The position numbers and the translations under genes are program-made. Positions 54,807 through 64,000 of a stretch of DNA of 64,000 nt are shown piece after piece. This stretch comes from Cyanophora paradoxa CCMP329. Taxonomy: Eukaryota > Plantae > Glaucophyta. The notes under the pieces are model-generated. The model was not told the origin of the DNA. It was given only the letters and a program-made list of their open reading frames with translations, and did no database searches. Position 1 is the stretch's first letter. Every line of letters starts with the position of its first letter. The stretch covers positions 27,887 to 91,886 of the forward strand of contig QPMI01000475.1 of assembly GCA_004431415.1 (NCBI GenBank), written 5' to 3'.

Positions 54807-57541
54807 ATGGACCAGGATCCGGAGATGACATCGATGGAGCTGGCTCCGTCGGCGCCGTGCGACGCCCTCGAGGCGATGCCCGGCACCTTGATCGAGAAGG
54901 TAATCATAAACGATACGTTAACGTTATAATCAACGTTATAGGCTAGATCTGCTGCACTTGCTGCTCGTGTTCTGCGCGCAGCTGATCATGATGCCGCCAA
55001 CCCTCAGGGGACGTACGAGCTCCCATTCTCGTACGTATATATGCGCCGCGGCGCGTTTCTTGCGCACTAGAGGCATCTGTGGTGTATATATGTGTATACG
55101 TACGCGGTAGTGACTGTCGACGTCACAGGGAGGTGGGAAAGATCCGGTCCTCGGGCTCAGAGGAGGTGTGTCCATGCGCGCTTCCATGAAACCGTTGAAC
55201 GCTTCGGATCTAGACAGCCGCCTGCGTCTTCTATAGCTAATAACGCCCTGGCCGCTCCTGAACTAACCGGCCCCCGCATCTGCAGTACCACGGCTCTGGC
55301 GCGTACAAGCTCCCCGCGACCTTGACTCAAACTTACACGTGCGTACCGTAGTACTACGGTATATATATATAGAGACGACCGATTGCAACTGCATAGCCAG
55401 ACTTTGAGACGACCGATTGCAACTGCATATGACCGTCGGACCTTACCTATCCGGACCCTAGGCCTGATCCCTTATACGTATCCCACATGCATGTGCTGCA
55501 CATGTGCAGCTAGGTCTTCGTATTCGAAATCGCGCCTTTGCGTATATGAAAGATCATGATTTGCGTCAACGCTGCGCGTCGACGTGCGAATGAGCATGCA
55601 TATGCTTGATGCGTGCGACACGCGTCGGATCCGGAGCGCAGGTACTCCGACCAGTTCAAGGAGGGGAGGACCGTCGAGGAAATCGACTCGGTGACGGAGA
55701 CTGGTGCGTTCGCTAAACCGAGCTCGCCTTATATTCGATTCGCGCGAGCGCTCATGATCATGACCATGCATGTGATCATGAACTTGAACAATCGTCGACG
55801 TCCGCAGGTAACTTCGTGCTCCGTCAGATCGTGAGACCCCAGAAAGTCTTGTACGGAGAGTTCAAGAAAATTGCAGCCGGGTGCGATGCGCAGCCACGCG
55901 CACATGAACTTCAAATATAATTATAGATTCTCGCATCTAGCTAGCCGCTGAGCCGTGATCATGAATCACAAGAGCGAATCTTTCTGCTTTCTCTTAATGG
56001 GCTCTTACCCGTCATGTCAAATGCGTGTAGGTCGCCGGAGGAGAACCAGTCGCCCGGTGCGTCATCTGCGCATGCTGATCACAAGCTGTCGCAGTGTATG
56101 CGCGTCTGATCTCGATGCGGCAGCCCCGGACGCGGTGCAGTGGACGCGGGACCCCGCCTCCGAATCCTATGTGGGAGCGGGAATCCCCCAGCAAGGCCCT
56201 CGCATTCCGGATGGGCCTCGCGTGCCGGTGGAAGGCCCCGCGGGCCAGTGGGCGCCGATCGCGCCGCCCCTCGTCAAAGCCAGCAACGCTTCCATCAGCG
56301 TCGCCGAGCCGGTCCAGGCGTGCGGCGACAAGCCCTGGTGAACATCTCCAGGCAGTGCCCTGTCCGGGCTTCCTAAAGCTTCATCGTTTAAGGCGATTGC
56401 GCATGCGCAGCTTCCAGTCGCATCTGGCATCACTCGCGGTGGAGAGCGGGGCGCCGATGGTGCATGTAGGGGCAGCAGACAGCACTGTCCAAGTGGAGCT
56501 GGCTGCCAATAACATCCTGCTCCAAGCTCTTGAACTTAATGTGCGCCGCAGCCTGCGCATTCCCAGCTTGCGATTCCGCCGATTTCATGCGTAAAACGTC
56601 CGACGCAAGCAGGAGTCGTCTGACGCTCCGAAGAAAGAGCTGCTTCTCTCCGGGGACGCGCTCGTCAAGGTGTGATTCTATTCGCATTGGTGTGATTCTT
56701 ATGTGCGTGAGGGAGGCTGAGAAGCTCGCAGGACGTCGGCCTGATCCCCTACACACTCCATTACAACTTGTCCAAGAATTCGCATGAGTCACGCGTGCTC
56801 GAGGAGAAAGGTGATTCATGCTTAGAGAGTATTTTATTATTCTTAACTATAGATCTCAGACGGGCCAGCCGTTAGAGCCCCCTTTAACGCGCGATAGCTT
56901 CCTGTCGAAATCATTCCGTAATAAGTGCCTGAACGAGTTTGCTGCTCGCGATTGCAGGAACGTTCTCCGAAACACAGGTGTGCGGATGCGGCCTCGATCG
57001 CAAGCCTCTTTCAGCATCGGCGTCCCGGCCCGGGCCCGCGCGTTTGATTTTCTTTTCTTCGACCTCGCAGTCTGTCGAGGTCAACGGCCAAGGCACCTAC
57101 ACGTACTCGCACGGCGGCCTCTACGTCGGCGATTACGCCAAGCCCGGTCTCGAGGCGAGCAAACGACTTCACTGAGTCAGATAAAATCAAACATGCGGTC
57201 AGACCGTCGGACGATCAGATGTGCTAACCGGACGGCGAGCTCAGGTCGGAACGTACGAGATCTATGCCCGCGACGTCAAGTCCTCAGCTGTCGAAACGCC
57301 GGTGCACTCATCGGAAAATGTGGACCCTAACCAGGTACGCTCACGCTCGCAACTGCAAACTTGTAGTTTAGGGTCTTCCGATATCCAGCTGGATATCGCT
57401 CCTCGAAAGCTCGTCGCTGATGCAGTGCATATCCATGCTCTGCACGCAGGAGCAACTGCCGGTGGCACTCTCAATCCGGCTGGGGACCCCATCATCACCC
57501 CGGATGGCGAGGCCACGGGCGACCGCGTGCGCATGCGCTGA
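54807..57541 (+). CDS. Uncharacterised multi-exon host gene (boundaries uncertain)
   Basis: Coding-like exons bounded by GT..AG (SDQFKEGRTVEEIDSVTETG; QWTRDPASESYVGAG; SVEVNGQGTYTYSHGGLYVGDYAKP; VGTYEIYARDVK). Confidence 0.4.
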
Positions 57542-58168
57542 TCTGTCTGATCTCTCTCAGCTGAAATGCTGATGGACGGACCGGGTACCGGCACTATGTC
57601 ACTCGCGCAGGTCCCGCGTCGGAAGTTCTGGAGGCGTCGGACAGCACCGACCTGGAGCCGCGGCAGACAATCTCTGGGTCCGCGATCCGCTTTGCCATCC
57701 GATGTCCCTGCTTGACGCTACACTGTCCACGCTGCCGGCAGGGATCTGAAGCTCATTCCCGAGTTCAAATCGGACTCGATTCCAGGGCCCAAGTCATGCC
57801 CACGGTTCGCTTACGCGCTTCTCGCTTCGCTAAATTGAAGTGCTACAAGAAGAACATGCATATGCTTTCTCACGGCAAACTTCGTTTGTCTGTGTCATCG
57901 CAGGGAGAGTGCCTGGACGTCCAGGCCCCCATCCACAACGCTACGGACTTTCTCAAAACCGCCTGCGAGTGCGTTTCGCATACTTTAAACCTCACGCACA
58001 AATATATATATATAGCATACATTTGCACATATACGATTTATAAACCAGCGTCGAGGTTCGAATTCAGGGCCAGACGTTGAGATCGCGCGCGCGTGCGGTT
58101 TCGCAGCAGCGAGTCGGCCACCTGCGAAGTGCCCGTGGGCTTGAAGTGCCCGCTTGCGAACGCACAGC

Positions 58169-59343
58169 ACACATAGTAAAATGCGGAGTTTTAACCCTCG
58201 GCTTATCTTAATTGATTTTGTTGATATATCTCGTATATTCTATTTCAATCAATCGATAATCTGTGTATATCTTATCGAATATTCATTTATTTCGATTATT
58301 TTGTATTCTTTTCGATATTTTATCGTAAATTTCTCTTATTTTCCGATTAGTCTTACTGAGTCTATCGATAATCTGTATATATTTCCGAATAATATAACTG
58401 AATCTCAATTAGATCTTGCCTCTGGTTAAAACTCCGCATTTTACTATGTGTGATTGGTCTAAAAGTTAATTGATTTAATCGATATTATATTCATGTACTT
58501 TCTCGATTAAATTTAATTAAATTTAATTCATTTAATCGGAAATATATCGCTTAACTCGATTAAGATCCATATTAGATTCATTTGTTTAATAAAACAAATC
58601 GATCTCTTATTGAATCCAATCGTAATTATACATGAAACTTATATGTTTTTATCATGTTTTAATGATTCTAAGGGGGGACCCTTAGGATTTTTGAAATAAT
58701 TGGGTGTGACAGGTGTGACAGGTCTATCCCAAACTTTTGATAGTTCATTTTTATGTTATAGAAAGTTTGGGATAGACCTGTCACACCTGTCACACAAACC
58801 ATATTCAGTAAGGATCTCTTTTAATGTTAAAATTTCAGTGTTAGTTGGTGTAGTTGATTCACAAAATGCATCCTGTCACACCTGTCACACAAACCATATT
58901 CAGTAAGGATCTCTTTTATAATGAAAACTCAGTAACAATAAGTAAGAAGTTTATCTATGTAATTCTACTTGAATAAACAAATGAAATAATCGAGTGTGAC
59001 AGGTGTGACAGGTCCATCCCAAACTTTTGAGAGTTCATTTTTATGCTATAGAAAAGTTTGGGATAGACCTGTCACACCTGTCACAAACCATATTCAGTAA
59101 GGACCTCATATATTGGTAAAATCTCAGTGTTAGTTGGTGTAGTTGATTCAAAAAATGCATTTATACTCTGATTCATTGTTATTTCCTGTGAAATTTGAGT
59201 CAACTCAACCCACTTAGTCAACCCTTGCATTGAATTCGTAACAAAATCCATATACTTTTACTACTTTTACGATTAATATGAGTCAACCTTGAGTCCACTT
59301 AAATATAAATATAATATAATAGGGGGAATCTAGGGCAGATGCT
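58169..59343. repeat. Family-2 terminal inverted repeat (~1.18 kb)
   Basis: Reverse complement of 13304..14481. Terminal cassette 58169-58451 is bounded by a 28-bp perfect inverted repeat. Confidence 0.95.
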
Positions 59344-59548
59344 TACTAAATGCAGTGTTAGATTGATGGGATCATAGATGGGATCACAGTTATCGAAGCA
59401 ATATAATATAGTTGAATATTCGATATCATAAGTTGATCGAAACGATAAGTATATGGTTATAAATCGCGATTTTTGAGTTATAATCGAATTTAATCGAAAA
59501 AACCGCGTTTTTTTTTTACTTTTCAAGTTTCACGGCGAACGAAGTAAA

Positions 59549-59622
59549 GGTTCCCGAGCGGATTTGAACCGCGTAGTTTTGAGTCAGAAATCAAGCGCTC
59601 TATTCTCTGAGCCAAAAACGGC
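59549..59622 (-). ncRNA. tRNA-like / Pol III promoter-containing unit
   Basis: Minus strand GCCGTTTTTGGCTCAGAGAATAGAGCGCTTGATTTCTGACTCAAAACTACGCGGTTCAAATCCGCTCGGGAACC. D-arm GCTC/GAGC, T-arm GCGG-TTCAAAT-CCGC, imperfect anticodon arm, no acceptor stem. Confidence 0.5.
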
Positions 59623-59869
59623 TTACCACCAAGTCGACTCTGGGCTAGTGTTTCACCAAGTCTACTATGGCAAGTGACTTTTGCATCTTCAAACTGTTAT
59701 ATCTCATCACCAGATCATCAAAACGCAACGTTCTGCATATCGCTGTGAAGCGCTTGATAAGATCTACAAGACTATGTGTATATCATGTGCATATATGTAT
59801 ATCAGTCATACATATATTTGGAAAAAACGAGTTTTTGCCTAGCAAACTAGCTAGTTTTGGTCCTTTCTC

Positions 59870-61225
59870 TTAGTGTTCTCTGAGGTTTAGGGGCTGTATA
59901 TGACTCCTTAGTAGTCTGAAAGTCATTATACCATCTCTGGCTATTAACCTCAGAAAGTTTCTGTGTCCTGCTATAGTGAGCTTTTTGAGTTCCCTGTTAA
60001 CTTTCCCAGCCTTCTCCTTTCTAGCCTCTATCAAAGGCTTATCTGGGACTTCATTAGCAGCTTCTATGCCTTCTCTCCTTATAGCAGCATCAGCCCTGGC
60101 TTCTCTTTAGCTTGCTCCAAGGCATCCACTGTAGGGGTTTCTAGATATTCAACTGCATTCACAGGCAACAGCTCATGGAAAGCAAACCTGTTTTCTATGA
60201 TCTCACCAGTGGGACTCCTTAGCTTAAACTTAAAGCCTTCCCTACTATCAACAGTGTAAACCATCCTAGACAATTGTTACCCTGTTTAGCAAAGGGTTCT
60301 TCTCAACTTTCACTCTAACAAACATGCCAGGCTGCATGGTATCAAGGTAAGCTATTGATTTCTTGAATCTTTCATCTTCTAATCCCACTATATACCTATA
60401 ATGCTCCTCTGTAGTTTCGCCTGGCTTCATCTTAGTAGCTGAGTGAACTGTATTATTGTAATTATACTCAATATCACCTAACACATCAAAGAATCTAGCT
60501 GTGTTATTAGCTATGCAATAGTTTGTGATCAGTCTCTTAATCTGCTTGTTAAAGGCTTCAATTCGACCTTGGCTTCTATGGTCAGCAGTTCCACTCACTT
60601 GGTGTTCTATGAATTTACTAGATAAATACTCCTGGAATATTCGATTTTGGAATTCACTCCCAGCATCTGATTGAACTTTTACTATGGGTCTTGCCACTCT
60701 CATTTCAAGCTGTTTAAATGCAGCTAATGTAGTGAGAGCTGATTTATCCCTTATAGGTATGATATACCCAGTTCTCAGTGTAGATTCCATTGCAGTCATA
60801 AAGGTATCATAGCCATTGTTTTGTTTCTTATAAGCTGGGAAAAAGAGCAAATCAATCACATAGGTATCAAGGGGTTGCCTAATTGGGACCATGGAATCTC
60901 TCTTCCTAGATATAGCAGTGCATTGATCTGAACAACTTCTTGTTTTTTATAGAACTCTTGCAACTGCTTATAGGATTCATCAGGTAACTCAGCCCTCATA
61001 GCTTGAAGCCCTTTGTAACCAGTTCTCACATCATAGAATCTCTTGGCAATCTTGCTGGTTTCTTTCACTGCAATAGCAACTGGATCTCTACTGGGACAAG
61101 CTCTTTCATCTCTGACTTTTTACAATTCGAGATTCTCCCTTTTCCTCCTTGGGAACTGTGATAGGCAGTAGGTTACCTTGTAGTTGCTCAGTGGTTCTCC
61201 TAACTATTCTTCCAGTTGCTGGCAT
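59870..61225 (-). pseudogene. Retroviral-like (rve) DDE integrase of Polinton type, frameshifted in this assembly
   Basis: YVIDLLFF, KVQSDAGSEFQN, QGRIEAFNKQIK, YNNTVHSATKMKP. Pieces at 60856..61068, 60266..60892 and 60079..60273. Confidence 0.88.
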
Positions 61226-61228
61226 CTC

Positions 61229-64000
61229 TTAATTAAAAGGAACAGAATTAATACCATCTGGTAAGATGTATCTCTTTGCATCAAAGCAGTTTAGGGCAAC
61301 CCTTCTACTCACAGTGTCTATTATGTGTGATCTGCCCTTCTTTTCTGCTTTGCAGTCACAGTCTTGCTGATACCTGCAAATAAACACTGTTTAAAATCAT
61401 TAAATTGGAGTTCCTCAGTTGAAGTCCCAGAGAGCTTACTCCTCTCAATCTCAGCAGTTCTGAAACTGTAAACTTTAGCTCTCAGACCCACATACTCCAA
61501 TATAGCAGAGCCAGGCATTTCATTTTTGTATTACCTGGGTCATTCTGGAATCACCTCCAAGTCTAATGCATAGGATATATCTCTATATCTTTTTGTAGGG
61601 TCTTAGATTCGATATATAGACAAAGGAGTCAGTATCATGGAATAGTAACTTTGCTTTTGTCCATTGGGACCTTACAGTATCATAGAAGAACTTGTAGTTA
61701 TGCAGTTTGGCTGCATCCAGAACATAAGCCCAATAGCAACTGGCTTATCTAGCTTCACATGCTTTGTGTAAAACTCAAAGGCAACTGCTTTTTCGTTTAT
61801 GGGACTTGTTGATTTCACCAATGGGGAGGCTGCATATTTCATAAACAGTTTCTCACTGTTTGCATCTTAACCACAGATCTACCTCTGCAAGATTCAATGC
61901 ATTCCCATAGATTGAGTTATTCATGAGTTTATAGAAATCAGCCTCGAATTATTCACTGCTTTCCTTCTCATCTCAGTATTCAGCTCAATGTAGGGTTTCA
62001 TTACAGGAGCCACAGTAAATGATAGGACCCTGTGAACCTTCTTTAGTTTCACCCCTTTGTCCAACAGATACTGTAGAAGAGGCTCAGAAATCACATAGTT
62101 GGTCACAGAACAAAGTTTGCAGTTAGCTTAGGGGTCTTATCAAGCTCTTCTCCTGAGAGATCTAATAGGCTCTTTTGATATTGTGATAATTCTGCATATT
62201 CTACTATTTTCTTGTTAATAATTAGGGGAAATCACTGTGGTCTAGATATAGCCTAATTGGGTAATCCAGATCAACTTCCAGGAAACTGGATCTGTTATCT
62301 TGTGGGTTGAATTCGGTCTCCCATCTAAAATCACCAACTGGATTGGCTGACTCAAACAGTAGCCATACAAGTTGTTAGCATCAAACAGCATTATATGGGA
62401 GTTCTCACCATCAGCCTCAGCATACCTACAAGGCATTGTTGCAAAGCCACCCCTGATTCCCCTCTCAACAAATTCGTATTGCTCTACATCACTTATAAGC
62501 TCTATTTTTGCCTTGGTGTCCTAAGCATAGCATCCCAAGATAACCCAGGTGCAGATACATAATGAACTGGGTCCAATCCATATACTGAGTGTGAAAGCCT
62601 TCTGAAAGCCTGGAATTTGCTCATTACTCATCTACATCAGCAGCCCCAAAGTCCATAAAATTACTTGCATCAATGAACTTGTAAAGACCCCATTGCAATG
62701 AAAGGTATTGATCAAAGTTTTTCGAAAGGATTTCGATTCGCTTTTTATCACCATGCCTGCTATTTTTCTGAAAATGAATGTCCCACAGTCATCCATTTGG
62801 TCAACAACCACTGCTACTTTTGTTTGCTTTGAGATTCTCCTATGGAGATTGCAGTTTCTGCATGCAGGTGCAATGTAATTACCTGTGTGGTGATCATGAT
62901 CCCTGCATTTGAAGTTTTCCTTGGTGAACCTCTCACTGCAAAGGTAACAGTGTTTGGTAGCTCTGTAAATAGCCTTTTTGCTCATCTGTGAGTTCATTCA
63001 TGGGAATATTGGTGAACAGGAAATCGATTAGCTCTCTTGCTTTGGACTCCAAGCATTCAAACAGACCTCCCATTGGATCCTGACCCTCAAATCGAAACTC
63101 CTGAACATCTGCCCCAGTGACTATTCTAATGTTGACTGCTGAGACTTCCCTCTTGGATTTCGATGCATCAATGGGGATGCTTCTATGTTCAATCTTGCAG
63201 TAAACCACAACAGGAAGCCAGACAGTTTTCTGAGGTTTTTCAGTCCAAACTCTATTGTGGTGTCAGGCTTAGGGGTGATTCCCTTTGAGAGTCTCCAATC
63301 AATGCATCTGTTTGAGTCCACATGAGCAGTCAGTTTAGCCTCAGACCTGATCGAGATAAGCATGTATCACAGTAGTGTAACTTTTGATCCTTGGTTTTTA
63401 TCAAGGGCAACTCTGAGAAGTCTTGAAAGGGACATGATAGTAATATAGTGACCATTCCCTTCATCATCATGAATGAGCATTAGATTAATCTTTTGCTTTC
63501 TGCCTGGGTTGCTGGATTGATGTAGGGGATATATAACATCTCCATCCATTCCAAATATGTTGTATGCTGATGCCTGCATTTTGAGATTCGAATTTATCAA
63601 TGATTTCAGCATCACAAGGAACAGGGAATGGATATTGTCGAAATTGAGAGCCAAAGGATTGTATGTGGTTGGTGAGTATTTCCATTTGCGATATTGTGTA
63701 AGCTCACTTCTCTTGTGGGAATTTACATCTTTCCTATGGATCCATGCCAAAATGGCATTTTCAAAGCAAGAATCATCAATATTTCGAATATTCACTGTGG
63801 CTCTCTTGGCTGCAATTGATTCTGGTGTTTTAACATAGCAGCCACCAGTTGGGGCATAACTCATAATAGCAACTCTTAGCATTTCGATTCTCTCCAATCG
63901 ATAGCTATCAACAACATTCATCTGTTCCTGACACATTTGGGCTGCTTTATTCAGCTCAGTTCGAATATTTCTCGATTTGGTTAATACAAAATAATCGCTG
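61229..64000 (-). pseudogene. polB: Protein-primed family B DNA polymerase with endonuclease-VII-like Zn insert, frameshifted in this assembly
   Basis: FDANNLYGY (motif A), KLMNNSIYG (B), FHDTDSF (C), YVGLRAKVYS, FDAKRYILPDGINSVPF*, CRDHDHHTGNYIAPACRNCNL, and N-terminal VNIRNIDDSCF. Confidence 0.92.

Larger units (their letters stand above)
58169..64000 (-). mobile_element. Endogenous Polinton-like virus, family 2, left end (TIR, integrase, pPolB); continues beyond window
   Basis: Abrupt switch to AT-rich DNA at ACACATAGTAAAATGCGG, followed by the TIR and the rve integrase and protein-primed PolB genes. Confidence 0.92.

Noticed and set aside
14482-58168. One giant transposon with the host block as cargo between the two long TIRs
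   Set aside because: The long TIRs point outward, each continuing into its own viral genes, and the host flanks (CGTGTA, CACAGC) show no target-site duplication.
58154-58429. 91-aa ORF, identical to the tail of ORF 14221..14997
   Set aside because: It is a translation of the non-coding TIR cassette, shared only because the TIR is repeated.
59549-59622. Functional tRNA gene (Arg or Gln)
   Set aside because: The acceptor stem does not pair and the anticodon loop is irregular, so it is kept only as tRNA-like.
1-64000. Capsid, packaging ATPase or protease genes, and a host species assignment
   Set aside because: None of these genes is recognisable in the window, so the Polinton-like virus call rests on TIR, integrase, pPolB and fibre genes. 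No marker here fixes the host species.

Overview
The window has three compartments. (1) 1-14481 is AT-rich endogenous DNA-virus sequence, made of two related Polinton-like elements with one nested in the other. 'Family 1' (1-11381) carries a giant phage-style fibre gene, two fibre-like paralogues, a Zn-ribbon gene and an S-adenosylmethionine decarboxylase (AdoMetDC), followed by a complex terminal region. It has inserted into the homologous gene of 'family 2' (11382-14481), which repeats the same gene set and ends in a ~1.18-kb terminal inverted repeat (TIR). (2) 14482-58168 is very GC-rich DNA of a unicellular eukaryote with many short, often GC-AG introns. Its genes are a WD40 fragment, a METTL21-type methyltransferase, TFIIIA, a RING protein, a Qb-SNARE, a mitochondrial carrier, MAK kinase, an LYR protein, TARBP1/Trm3 and a class III adenylate cyclase, plus MITEs and a poly(A) retroposon. 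(3) 58169-64000 is the opposite end of a second family-2 element, with a near-identical TIR, a tRNA-like Pol III unit, an rve integrase and a protein-primed PolB, the last two frameshifted in this assembly. The most unusual signals are: a terminal design shared by both families (ACACATA ends, a 28-bp inverted duplication of the terminus, paired iteron hairpins); a CRISPR-like repeat/spacer array in the family-1 end; a modular tail fibre plus AdoMetDC cargo; a pPolB with a degenerate proofreading domain; and CpG loss in family 2 that spares TCG/CGA. All alignments and counts were made by eye, and host gene boundaries are approximate because of introns.
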